Shown piece by piece: positions 18,655 to 28,478 of a stretch of DNA of 64,000 bases. The notes below the pieces were generated by a model. That model saw only the letters and a program-made list of their open reading frames with translations, made no database searches and was not told the DNA's origin. The position numbers and the translations under genes were made by a program. This stretch comes from Candidatus Latescibacterota bacterium. Lineage in GTDB: Bacteria; Latescibacterota; UBA2968. The DNA is taken from positions 5,056,001 to 5,120,000 of the forward strand of contig OZ220741.1 of NCBI GenBank assembly GCA_965116885.1, in the 5' to 3' direction. Every line of letters begins with the position of its first letter. Position 1 is the first letter of the stretch.

Positions 18655-20886
18655 ATGACGAACAAAAAGTTATACGCAACAAAATGTGAGATAGTTCAAA
18701 GCCTATTTGTTTTTTTCTTGTGTTTCGGTTTTGTCCTGTTCAGCACGCTTCCTGCTTTTGCAAAACAGAGACCCAAGGTCGCACTGGTGCTCAGTGGGGG
18801 AGGCGCACGTGGAGGGGCACATATCGGCGTGTTGCGCGTGCTCGAGCGCGAAGGCATACCCATTGATCTGATCGTAGGCGTGAGTTATGGCGCGCTGGTG
18901 GGAGGACTGTACGCTGCCGGATATTCTGTTGATAATGTCGAACGCATTATTGTGGGAACAGATTGGTGGGAAATAACCAACAATAGCCCCAACCGCCGTC
19001 TGTCGAATTTGAATCGCAAACCAATAGCTGATCGCCAGATGCTTGCATTGCGCCTCGACAAACTGAACCTGAAATTGCCTTATGGGGTTTTTGCCGGACA
19101 AAAAATTCAGCATTTTCTCAATCAATTGACCCTTGGCGCAATTTATCGGGCGAGAAACGATTTTGATCGGCTGTCAACGCCTTTTCGCGCAATAGCAACA
19201 GATATTTTATCTGGCGAACAGGTCGTGATTAAAAATGGCTCGCTCGGCACAGCAATCAGAGCAAGTATTTCTGTTCCTGGGATATTTGCGCCGATAAGTA
19301 CAGAACAAACCCATCTCGTAGATGGGGGCATTGTCAATAACTTGCCTGTGGATGTCGCATTAGACGCTGGCGCTGATCTGGTTATTGCCGTGGATTGTGC
19401 CACGCCTTTACGCACCCAAAAGCACGAAGTTGAAGATATTATTGACGTTATCGATCAGGCTGTGAGTTTTCGAATTGAAGAAAAAAAAAGAGCAAATCGA
19501 AAACTCGCCCATGTGCTGATCATGCCCGATTTAAAAAAATTTGACGGAGGCGATTTTAATCTGTCGTACACCTTGATCCCGGTTGGGGAAAAAGAAGCCG
19601 AAAAACATCTGGATGCAATCTGGAAGGCTCTGCAAAAGCTCGGCATTTCAAAACGCGTTGAAAAGTCGAGACCGTCGATATTACCAGATGATTTTGATTT
19701 CAGAACCTGGGTAGATATACCATCGGATATTGTAATTGACCGGGTGCGGATTGAGGGTTTAGAGCGCTATTCACAAGAGGTATTTACATCGCGATTGGAA
19801 AAGTTCGTCAACAAGCCGATATCGTTTCGAAAACTGGAAAACGAGTCTGGCCGATTCTATGCGACCGGATTATTTCAAACGGTAGATTACGAGGTCATCT
19901 ACCATGAAGACTATACCGAACTGGTTTTTCAGGTGCTTGAAAACCCCCCCAGTGAGTTGAAAATAGGCCTTCATTACGACAATGATTTTGGGGTTGCGGC
20001 ACTGACCGAGTTTGCACATCAAAATGCTTATGGCCCCGTAGCAGAGTTTTATTTTCGCGGCCTGTTGGGCAATTTGAAGCTTGCTGAAATGGATTTAATT
20101 TTTCGCTCATCCAGGCGCCTGGGGTTCTTCGGGAAGATTCAAGGTTGGAATCAAGACCGGTTGTATTTTCAAAATGGGCAACACCAGGACACGTATAATG
20201 AGAAGCGTTTTCGCGCGCGATTGGGCATGCAGGTTTTGTTCCACAGTTGGGGAGGTTTCAAAGTAGGGCACCAAGTTGAGCATATCCGCATTCGCGATGC
20301 GGACAGTTCAATAGGCAATGTGTCTAAATATCTACCTGCTGTCTGGTTATCTGCAGGCATTGACACCCGAGACGATGCATTTTTGACAAGACAAGGCATC
20401 TATTTTCAAACGCAAGCAAAATGGGTTCATCGAACATTTTCACATAAGCAGGTGCAAACACAACTCGCGTACTTCGCCAGCCCCCATCCGCAATTGAGTG
20501 TGGGCCTCTGGTCTCACGGAGGCTATATGACACAGCCTGCACCGATTTATGAACACTTCGCATTAGGTGGTGCAGGACACTTTAGTAACGCAGCATTGCG
20601 CGTTGTCGGTCTTCAACGAGATGAACTGAGAGTTCCCAGGTTCGTATCGGCGGGCATTTCTATTTGGAGCCACAAAAAATTTTGGGGATCCATACCGCTC
20701 AGTGCTGTTGGAATTTTCTATCAGGGCGGTCTGTACAACAATCCGGATCAGCCCAATACCCGTACCCACGGTTTTGGTATTGGGGGTTATATCAGCACAA
20801 CGTTTTTAGGTCCCATTCGCATTGATATTGTGAGTACAGAAAAAAAAGATATCGAGATTTACACCGCAGTCGGATATGCGTTTTGA
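18655..20886 (+). CDS. Patatin-like phospholipase-POTRA-Omp85 barrel (PlpD / type Vd-like)
   Basis: LSGGGARG, GVSYG (GxSxG), DGG; IDRVRIEGL POTRA; barrel ending VGYAF. Confidence 0.88.
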   Translation: MTNKKLYATKCEIVQSLFVFFLCFGFVLFSTLPAFAKQRPKVALVLSGGGARGGAHIGVLRVLEREGIPIDLIVGVSYGALVGGLYAAGYSVDNVERIIVGTDWWEITNNSPNRRLSNLNRKPIADRQMLALRLDKLNLKLPYGVFAGQKIQHFLNQLTLGAIYRARNDFDRLSTPFRAIATDILSGEQVVIKNGSLGTAIRASISVPGIFAPISTEQTHLVDGGIVNNLPVDVALDAGADLVIAVDCATPLRTQKHEVEDIIDVIDQAVSFRIEEKKRANRKLAHVLIMPDLKKFDGGDFNLSYTLIPVGEKEAEKHLDAIWKALQKLGISKRVEKSRPSILPDDFDFRTWVDIPSDIVIDRVRIEGLERYSQEVFTSRLEKFVNKPISFRKLENESGRFYATGLFQTVDYEVIYHEDYTELVFQVLENPPSELKIGLHYDNDFGVAALTEFAHQNAYGPVAEFYFRGLLGNLKLAEMDLIFRSSRRLGFFGKIQGWNQDRLYFQNGQHQDTYNEKRFRARLGMQVLFHSWGGFKVGHQVEHIRIRDADSSIGNVSKYLPAVWLSAGIDTRDDAFLTRQGIYFQTQAKWVHRTFSHKQVQTQLAYFASPHPQLSVGLWSHGGYMTQPAPIYEHFALGGAGHFSNAALRVVGLQRDELRVPRFVSAGISIWSHKKFWGSIPLSAVGIFYQGGLYNNPDQPNTRTHGFGIGGYISTTFLGPIRIDIVSTEKKDIEIYTAVGYAF

Positions 20887-20935
20887 TGCATATTCATCTG
20901 TCTTATACAAATCACCTTGAAACGAAAGGAAAAGC

Positions 20936-23653
20936 ATGATATTTTCCAGATGGAACGCTATTGTACTCTCGTTAGTGCTCGCTTTTTCTGCTCCGATAGA
21001 ATCCACACCTGATGAGGATTCACCGCCGCCAGGATACAGGATTCACCGATCTATTCCTCCGCAGGGTGCTAAGACCCACATGGTGGTTCCGGGAGAAAGG
21101 TTCCGGGCCAGCGGGTTTAAACGCTGGTTCTACGGCAGCAATAATCGGGACCTCTGGACCACTCCTGTCGAGGTTGCGGTCCTCGACCTCGGGAGCGTAG
21201 GAGGTGGCTTGACACCGCTTCGCACCGGCGGATTCGGGCAGTCCATCTCGCTTCACTTTACAGGGGAAGACGGCCGCCGCTATACAGTTCGTTCCCTGGA
21301 TAAAGATCCCACCAAAAGAATATGGGATGAACTCAAGGATACCATTGTAGATGACGTCCTTCAGGACTTGATCAGTGCGCTTTTACCAACAGGGGCACTC
21401 GTAGCTGATCCGCTAATGGAAGCCACAGGTATTCTCCATTCCAAACATACGCTCGTCGTTATTCCGGATGATCCGAGGCTGGGAGAGTACCGCGAAGAGT
21501 TTGCCGGCCTTATCGGAACGCTACAAGAACACCCGTCTGAAGGGCCGGACGATACGCCCGGCTTTGCGGGTTCTCGGAGGATCAGCGGAACGGAGAGGCT
21601 GTGGGAACACCTTGAAGAAAGTCCTTGCAACCGCATTGATGCCCGAGCCTATCTAAAGGCAAAACTGATGGATCTTTTCATCGGCGACAAGGACCGCCAT
21701 TACGGCCAGTGGAGATGGGCGCAATTCCCCGATGGCGATTGTTATACATGGCTTCCAATACCCGAAGACCGCGACCAGGCTTTTATCGGCTTCAAGGGAT
21801 TTGCCATGGCCGTGGCGCGCAAAAGGCTCCCCAGACAAATCACGTTCGGAGACGAGTATCCAAGCCTGGTGGGTCTATCGACTACTGGTTGGGAGATGGA
21901 CCGCGAGTTTCTATCCGAACTCAATAAGAGCGCGTGGGATTCGGTAGTAACGGCGTTTTGCAGGGACCTACCAGACTCAGTCATTGAGGATGCCGTGCGG
22001 AGACTTCCACCACCGTATTACAAAATGATTGGAGAATCTCTTACACAAGCCCTCAAATCGAGGCGAGACGCATTGCCTGAATTTGTCAACAGATACTATG
22101 AATTGATTACCCGCCAGGTCGAAATCCAGGCGACTGATAAGGACGAGTACGCCCAGTGTGAACACCTGCCGAATGGCGATCTATCAGTCCGCATCGGTCT
22201 AATAGAAGGTACCGGAGGAAAAGGGAAGACACCCTATTTCCAAAGAACTTTCCACCCCCAGGAAACCCGGGAAGTCCGAATATATCTCCGGGGCGGGGAT
22301 GACCGTGCGGAAATATCGGGGACAAAGGGACAGATTGTCGTTCGCATTGATGGTGGCGGTGGGGATGACACACTTACAAACGCATCCCAATCTGGTGCCT
22401 CAAAAACCCGGTTTTATGATTATCGTGGAAAAAATCAGTTCGCCAAAGGCAAGGGCGCGAAAATCGACGAGCGACCCTACAAGCGTCCGCCCGCGCGGCT
22501 TCTCCGCGCAAGGTATGCACTGGACTGGGGCGGGCAGGCTGCCACTGCTCCGATTATCAGGGTAAATCCGGATATGGATATATTCGTGGGGGCGACCTAC
22601 CATCGGCAGCATTTCGGCTATCGAAAAGACCCTTTCTCTTCGCAACATTTTTTCAAGATCGGGTTGGCGAAAGACAGTGATCTCAAGGGGATCAAGCCCT
22701 TTGCCTCCTATACCGGAAACTTCCGCGAATTCATGCGCGACTTCGACGCGAGAATCTACTTAAAGTACTCCGGATTCCAGACAATCCGGTTCAACGGATT
22801 TGGTAACAAAACGGAGATTCCGCGTCCATCTTCCTTCTATAAGGTGGAACAAAGACATTTCGTTTTCGCACCAGCCCTCGAATTTCGAGCAGGAGATCAT
22901 AAAGGAGATATGCCTCATATTGGTATGGGGTCGCTTCGCTCGAAATTAACCATTGACTTTGGGCCGATTATCAAGTATTCAAACACACCCCTCAGTTCCA
23001 ATAGGGAAAAATATATCGGTTCGCTCGATCAACCACTGTACGGTACGGATTCCTTCGGTCAGGTAGGCGCACTGGGTGAAGTCGTGTACGACACGCGCAA
23101 CAGTCTTGGGTATCCCACTCAGGGGGTCAGGGTCAGGGTTGCCGGAGACATCTATCCGGGCGTCTGGGATGCGAAATCGACCTTTGGCAGCATAGACGGG
23201 ACAGCCAGTACTTACCTGACTGCCCCTATACCGACTAACCCGACCCTTGCTTTAAGAGCGGGTGGCAAGAAGGTGTGGGGAACCTTTCCCTTCCACGAAA
23301 GTGCCTTTCTGGGTGGATCTGGTTTTGTCGGTAGTGGCATATCCAGTGGCAATTTGCGCGGTTTCCGGAAAAATCGGTTCGCTGGAGAGACTGCGCTGTA
23401 TGGAAATTCCGAACTGCGACTGGTTCTGACCAAAATCAAGCTTCTGATATCGGGAGAGCTCGGATTATTCGGTATAGCTGATGCCGGACGGGTGATTTAT
23501 GACGGAGATCCGGACAACGCGGATAAATGGCACAACAGTATCGGAGGTGGATTCTGGCTGTCTTTTCTCCAACGTCAGCAGACCTTGAGCGCGGCAGTCG
23601 TAAAAGGCGATGACCTGACGGGCGTATATCTGCGCGCTGGCTTTATGTTTTAG
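20936..23653 (+). CDS. Kinase-like domain fused to Omp85 barrel
   Basis: Signal peptide; GGLTPLRTGGFGQS, IGDKDRHYGQWRW, PIPEDRDQAF; NLRGFRKNRFAG, ADAGRV, terminal GFMF. Confidence 0.75.
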   Translation: MIFSRWNAIVLSLVLAFSAPIESTPDEDSPPPGYRIHRSIPPQGAKTHMVVPGERFRASGFKRWFYGSNNRDLWTTPVEVAVLDLGSVGGGLTPLRTGGFGQSISLHFTGEDGRRYTVRSLDKDPTKRIWDELKDTIVDDVLQDLISALLPTGALVADPLMEATGILHSKHTLVVIPDDPRLGEYREEFAGLIGTLQEHPSEGPDDTPGFAGSRRISGTERLWEHLEESPCNRIDARAYLKAKLMDLFIGDKDRHYGQWRWAQFPDGDCYTWLPIPEDRDQAFIGFKGFAMAVARKRLPRQITFGDEYPSLVGLSTTGWEMDREFLSELNKSAWDSVVTAFCRDLPDSVIEDAVRRLPPPYYKMIGESLTQALKSRRDALPEFVNRYYELITRQVEIQATDKDEYAQCEHLPNGDLSVRIGLIEGTGGKGKTPYFQRTFHPQETREVRIYLRGGDDRAEISGTKGQIVVRIDGGGGDDTLTNASQSGASKTRFYDYRGKNQFAKGKGAKIDERPYKRPPARLLRARYALDWGGQAATAPIIRVNPDMDIFVGATYHRQHFGYRKDPFSSQHFFKIGLAKDSDLKGIKPFASYTGNFREFMRDFDARIYLKYSGFQTIRFNGFGNKTEIPRPSSFYKVEQRHFVFAPALEFRAGDHKGDMPHIGMGSLRSKLTIDFGPIIKYSNTPLSSNREKYIGSLDQPLYGTDSFGQVGALGEVVYDTRNSLGYPTQGVRVRVAGDIYPGVWDAKSTFGSIDGTASTYLTAPIPTNPTLALRAGGKKVWGTFPFHESAFLGGSGFVGSGISSGNLRGFRKNRFAGETALYGNSELRLVLTKIKLLISGELGLFGIADAGRVIYDGDPDNADKWHNSIGGGFWLSFLQRQQTLSAAVVKGDDLTGVYLRAGFMF

Positions 23654-23671
23654 CTCATAAGGGAGGATGCG

Positions 23672-24583
23672 ATGCTCAACAACATCATCATACGTCTCGC
23701 CGTTTACTATATCACCTGGCTTTTGATTCTCAACGCAATTTTTCACATATTCCCCGAAATTCTCTATTACGTCGCCCAGGAGCGCGAACGCATCTTTGTA
23801 GGATCATCTCTTGACTCCGGGGCCGATCCGGCCGTTCCGCTTGGAAACATCCAGGAAGGGGTAAACCGGCTCGCCGATCCGGAACACACGATACCAGTTG
23901 TAGTCGCTTTGGTACTCGCCTTCGCGGTTACCCTCCCAATTACCTGGGTATATGCCTGGACGCATTCGTCTAAGAAATACAGCCAATCCTTTATACAAAC
24001 TCTGCTGGTGATACCTGTCGCCATCTCACTGGTTGTTTTTTTGGTGAAGGGTAGTCTTGCCCTTGCGTTCAGTCTGGCGGGTATCGTGGCCGCCGTCACC
24101 TTTCGGCTCTCACTCAAATCGACCATAGAGGGCGTGTACATGTTTATGGTCATCGGGATAGGGCTGGCGGCCGGCACCCAGCTTACGACTGTGGCCTACC
24201 TCGCATCGTTGGCTTTCGTCACCATAACACTGGGCGTGTGGAAAATCAATTATGGCGCGCAGCCACCAGTACTATCCGGCTGGAGAATTGTTTCACATGA
24301 TCACTCGGCCCAGACCTCTGGGACAAAGGCCACCGGGAATTCCTATGATGCCCGGATTGAAGTACACACAACGAAGGTCGAAACAGCGCAAAAAGCAACA
24401 GCTCAAATCCTGAAATCCGGGACCAAACAGTGGCAAGTAGCAGATGTGATCGAGAAAGAAGATGGAACGGCTATCGTTGTGTATGATGTTTTGTTAAAAC
24501 AATCCGTCGATCTGCCTTCTCTCATGCGGGATATTGAACAAAGCAAAAAAAGTATCAAAAACGCAACGCTGACAAGAGTTTAG
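23672..24583 (+). CDS. DUF4956-family inner-membrane protein
   Basis: Several TM helices; YSQSFIQTL, SLALAFSLAGIVAAVTFR, YMFMVIGIGLAAG. Confidence 0.8.
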   Translation: MLNNIIIRLAVYYITWLLILNAIFHIFPEILYYVAQERERIFVGSSLDSGADPAVPLGNIQEGVNRLADPEHTIPVVVALVLAFAVTLPITWVYAWTHSSKKYSQSFIQTLLVIPVAISLVVFLVKGSLALAFSLAGIVAAVTFRLSLKSTIEGVYMFMVIGIGLAAGTQLTTVAYLASLAFVTITLGVWKINYGAQPPVLSGWRIVSHDHSAQTSGTKATGNSYDARIEVHTTKVETAQKATAQILKSGTKQWQVADVIEKEDGTAIVVYDVLLKQSVDLPSLMRDIEQSKKSIKNATLTRV

Positions 24584-24587
24584 ACAA

Positions 24588-25706
24588 ATGAAGAATCACA
24601 CAGATAAATTCCTGCTGGGATTCCTTGGTTTTGGCATTTTGCTCTACCTGTTGTCGATGGGCTTTGGAAAAGATCCATCTTCAAATTTTAGTGGGAATTC
24701 GTCAAACGCAGATCCTGAGACTCCGATCGTCCGCCCTTTGGTGGACACAATGGAGACCGCTTCAGATACTTCTATCGTCCGTCCTTTGGCAGATACGATG
24801 GCTGTGTTAGACTATGAAGAGGATTCATCCTCAGATTTTAATAGAAATCCGTCAGACACTGATACAGATACTTCGACCGCCCCTCCTTTGGCGGACGCGA
24901 TAGCAGTAGTACAAAAGAAAATATATCTCGCAAACTATACACTAAACGAAGAAACCGCGACGCACTGGAAGCTGCCCGAGCATCTTGAGGAGATCTCTGG
25001 TTTGGCAATGACCAGAGACAACCGACTCCTGGCGCACAATGATGAAAGAGGGATCATTTTCGAGATCGATTATCAGAATGGATCAATCGCAAAAACATTC
25101 CAACTGACGGATATGAAAAACCCGGTAGCCAGTGATTTCGAGGGCATTGCAACAATTGACGACCAGATCTATCTGGTCACGAGTTCAGGGCGACTATACG
25201 AGTGTCGTGAGGGAACTGCTGGCGAGTCCGTTCTCTTCAATGTCTATACGACTGGTGTCGGCAGAGACTGCGAAATAGAGGGCCTGACGTATGACGAGAG
25301 CAAGCGGGCACTCTTACTGATGTGTAAGGACGCTCGCGGCGAAGGCATGGAGGGACAGTTGGCAGTATATCACTGGTCTATTGACCAGAAACAGCTAAGT
25401 AAAGATGCACATACCGTAATACCTGTCGTTGAATTCTCTCAGCACATCAAGGGAAAAAAATTCCAACCTTCGGGAATTGAGCGACACCCGGTATCGGGGA
25501 ATTACTTTATCATAGCCGCTCGTCAGGGGGCTATTGCAGAGATCACGCCGGGGGGCAAGGTCATTGCAGTCAGAGAGTTTCCCGCCCAGTGGCATCGTCA
25601 GGTTGAAGGTATTACCTTTGCTGCGGACGGCACGCTAATTGTTTCCGATGAAGGCGCAGGGAAGAGAGCGAGACTAACCCTTTACCCTATCTCGGATAGT
25701 CAATAA
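24588..25706 (+). CDS. SdiA-regulated (YjiK-like) beta-propeller protein with N-terminal anchor and repetitive acidic linker
   Basis: LEEISGLA, HNDE, DFEGIA, EIEGL, FQPSGI, QVEGITF, VSDEG. Confidence 0.75.
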   Translation: MKNHTDKFLLGFLGFGILLYLLSMGFGKDPSSNFSGNSSNADPETPIVRPLVDTMETASDTSIVRPLADTMAVLDYEEDSSSDFNRNPSDTDTDTSTAPPLADAIAVVQKKIYLANYTLNEETATHWKLPEHLEEISGLAMTRDNRLLAHNDERGIIFEIDYQNGSIAKTFQLTDMKNPVASDFEGIATIDDQIYLVTSSGRLYECREGTAGESVLFNVYTTGVGRDCEIEGLTYDESKRALLLMCKDARGEGMEGQLAVYHWSIDQKQLSKDAHTVIPVVEFSQHIKGKKFQPSGIERHPVSGNYFIIAARQGAIAEITPGGKVIAVREFPAQWHRQVEGITFAADGTLIVSDEGAGKRARLTLYPISDSQ

Positions 25707-25755
25707 CAACAGCATAAATCCAACCTGCATCCATAACTAAAAAACAGGACACATA

Positions 25756-27243
25756 ATGGCACATTCAAAACCCAACCTGCTCTACATACACTCTGACCAG
25801 CACGACCCTTATGTGACGGGCTGTTACGGCGACGAAGTCGTACAAACCCCCCATCTCGACAACCTCGCGGCAAATGGTGTTGTATTTGAAAACTGCTACT
25901 GCCCCTCGCCGATATGCGTACCCTCGCGCATGTCCATGTTATCGGGGCGCTATCCCTTTGAAAACGAAGTGTGGACAAACTCCCACATACTCAACTCGAG
26001 CATTCCCACATTTGCCCATGCCATGGGCGCAGGCGGTTATGATCCCGTGCTCGTCGGACGCATGCATTCCAATGGACCCGATCAGCTACACGGATATGCC
26101 CAGCGCCTCGTAGGCGATCACGGCCCCAATTATCCCGGTGGTGGCGGCGTCAACCACGGAATGCTCTCGGGCACAGCAGGTCCCGCCCGCGTCAGCCTGA
26201 CGAAATCGGGTATCGGGCAAAGTGCGTATCAGGTACACGATGAAGACGTAACCGCCGCAACCGTCGCATATCTCGACCGCCTGGGCGTAAAAAAACGCGC
26301 GGGACAACCCGCAGAGCCTTTCTCTCTCACCGTTGGATTTATGCTCCCCCACCAGCCATTTGTCGCGCGCCGCGCCGACTACGACCGCTACGACGGCCGC
26401 GTACCGCCCCCAACTGTCTCTGTCCCCTTCTCCGACGACCTGCATCCCCACATCAAACAATGGCGCGAACGCTGCGGCATTACAACTGTCACAGAAGCCG
26501 AAATCCACCGCGCGCGCACGGCATATTGGGCACTCGTTGACCGCATGGATCACATGATCGGGCAGATGCTCACAGCCCTCCGCCAAAACGATTTGATCGA
26601 CAACACCCTCGTCATTTACATGTCAGACCACGGCGAACAAGCTGGCGAACACGGCCTGTGGTGGAAACAAACCTTCTACGAGCATTCCGCCAAAGTACCC
26701 GCCATCCTCTCCTGGCCCGGTCACCTGCCCGAAGGCAAGCGCTTTGACAACGTCATCTCTTCTGTCGATCTCAACGCCACCATGATTGACGCCCTGCAAT
26801 GCCCCGAACTCCCCCACTCTCGCGGGCGTTCACTTCTGCCGCTTATGCGCGGTGAAAACACATCCTGGGACAACCTCGCCTTCTCCGAATTTTGTCAGGA
26901 TAGAGCAGGCGGTGGCGGTCCCTTCTCTGCCGAAGGTGTGTACCAGCGCATGATTCGGCAGGACGAATGGAAATTCAATTACTATCACAATCAGCCCTGT
27001 CAACTCTTCAACCTGAAAGAAGACCCCAACGAATTGCACGACCGCGCAAATGACCTCGCTTGTCAAAGCCTGATCAGAGACTTCACCGCCCGCATCCTCG
27101 ACGGCTGGGATCCCGACGCCATTGCATCTCAACTCGCCGCCCGAAACAGAGACTCCCGCATCCTCTCGGCATGGGCACGCCACACCAAACCCGCAGATAC
27201 GATCCGCTGGGACTTGCGCCCCGAAATGGATTATCTGGAATAG
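25756..27243 (+). CDS. Formylglycine-dependent sulfatase (choline-sulfatase-like)
   Basis: PNLLYIHSDQH, CVPSRMSMLSG, SDHGE, LFNLKEDPNE. Confidence 0.92.
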   Translation: MAHSKPNLLYIHSDQHDPYVTGCYGDEVVQTPHLDNLAANGVVFENCYCPSPICVPSRMSMLSGRYPFENEVWTNSHILNSSIPTFAHAMGAGGYDPVLVGRMHSNGPDQLHGYAQRLVGDHGPNYPGGGGVNHGMLSGTAGPARVSLTKSGIGQSAYQVHDEDVTAATVAYLDRLGVKKRAGQPAEPFSLTVGFMLPHQPFVARRADYDRYDGRVPPPTVSVPFSDDLHPHIKQWRERCGITTVTEAEIHRARTAYWALVDRMDHMIGQMLTALRQNDLIDNTLVIYMSDHGEQAGEHGLWWKQTFYEHSAKVPAILSWPGHLPEGKRFDNVISSVDLNATMIDALQCPELPHSRGRSLLPLMRGENTSWDNLAFSEFCQDRAGGGGPFSAEGVYQRMIRQDEWKFNYYHNQPCQLFNLKEDPNELHDRANDLACQSLIRDFTARILDGWDPDAIASQLAARNRDSRILSAWARHTKPADTIRWDLRPEMDYLE

Positions 27244-27251
27244 CGGTGCCT

Positions 27252-28400
27252 ATGAAAACCGAACTCACCAGACTCGATTTGGCCTGCTGGGGCGGGTTTA
27301 TGATGTTTGCCACCAGCGGTGTCGTCACCCCGATATGCCTGCCCGAAATATCCAGAACCCTGTCCATCTCCCTCTCTGAAAGCGGCGGTCTGGAAACCGC
27401 GCGAACATGTCTTTTGCTCGTCGTCTTAATCCTGTCCGGCATCCTCGCGCGCAAATGGGGGAAAAAACATTTTGTGACCTGGGGACAATATCTCCTCGCC
27501 ATCGGCCTTCTCATGATCAGCTATGCCGACAGCTATCCCATGCTCATCCTATCCCTCATGGTCACTGGCATCGGCGGTGGATTCACCGAAGCCCTCATCA
27601 ATCCCCTCGTCATCGACATTCACCCCAAAGACTCGGGCAAATACCTCAACATCACCAACGCCTTTTACCCCGTCGGCGTCATGGTCTCCGCACTCCTCTT
27701 TGGCGAACTCCTGACCCTCGGATATTCCTGGCGACTCGTGTTTCGCATCGCTGCAGCGGGTGCGCTTTTCATGGGCGTCTCATTCCACCTATCGCGTTTT
27801 CCCATACCCGTAGCAGATCAGCAATCATCCAAACACCTGATTGCACAAATTCTCAAAACGCCCAAATTTTGGCTCTTTGCCATCGCCATATTTTTGGGCG
27901 CAGGTGTCGAAGCGGCATTCACATTCTGGAGCCGCAGCTATGTAGAAACCTATCTACAAGACATGCCCCGCGCCGGTGCAATCGCAGTTGTCCTCTTTGC
28001 GATCACAATGGCACTGGGCCGCTTACTCTCTGCAAAATTGTCCCAAATAATCAGCCTGAAAACCCTGATGCTCGGTTCCGCTATCCTCGGTGTCGTCGTC
28101 AGCAGCGGCATTCCCTTCTCCGAAAACCTGATCGGATTTTACATCCTGCTCCTTTTCGCTGGATTTGCAACCGCCTGCTTCTGGCCCACCATACTCGCCG
28201 AAGCCGCGGAACACTTGTCCTTTGACACCACCATGCTCTTTGTCGTACTCGCCTGCTTTGGCATTGCCGGATTTGGCCTCATCCCCTATATCATGGGCGT
28301 CATCGGAGACAGCGCTGGCCTGAAAGCGGGTTTCTCTGTTATCCCCGGTCTCTTTATCGGCTTGATCGTTGTCTTGGCTTTCACGGAACGTAGAGCGTAA
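27252..28400 (+). CDS. MFS transporter
   Basis: About 12 hydrophobic segments; GILARKWGKK motif A; start at ATG 27252. Confidence 0.88.
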   Translation: MKTELTRLDLACWGGFMMFATSGVVTPICLPEISRTLSISLSESGGLETARTCLLLVVLILSGILARKWGKKHFVTWGQYLLAIGLLMISYADSYPMLILSLMVTGIGGGFTEALINPLVIDIHPKDSGKYLNITNAFYPVGVMVSALLFGELLTLGYSWRLVFRIAAAGALFMGVSFHLSRFPIPVADQQSSKHLIAQILKTPKFWLFAIAIFLGAGVEAAFTFWSRSYVETYLQDMPRAGAIAVVLFAITMALGRLLSAKLSQIISLKTLMLGSAILGVVVSSGIPFSENLIGFYILLLFAGFATACFWPTILAEAAEHLSFDTTMLFVVLACFGIAGFGLIPYIMGVIGDSAGLKAGFSVIPGLFIGLIVVLAFTERRA

Positions 28401-28433
28401 TTAACAAAGCCAAGGAATTCCGCCTTACTCCCC

Positions 28434-28460
28434 GGGCGGGCACAGGGGCACCGCCCCTAC
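28434..28460 (-). repeat. GTAG-type REP-like palindrome between convergent genes
   Basis: Minus strand GTAGGGGCGGTGCCCCTGTGCCCGCCC: GTAG followed by a GGGCGG...CCGCCC stem. Confidence 0.65.
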
Positions 28461-28478
28461 TATGCATTGATTCGCCAA

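Noticed and set aside
27060..27251. N-terminal extensions in the ORF track (MFS here; also at 634, 18574, 30275, 43763, 54674, 57586)
   Set aside because: They overlap neighbouring genes or precede better-placed downstream starts.
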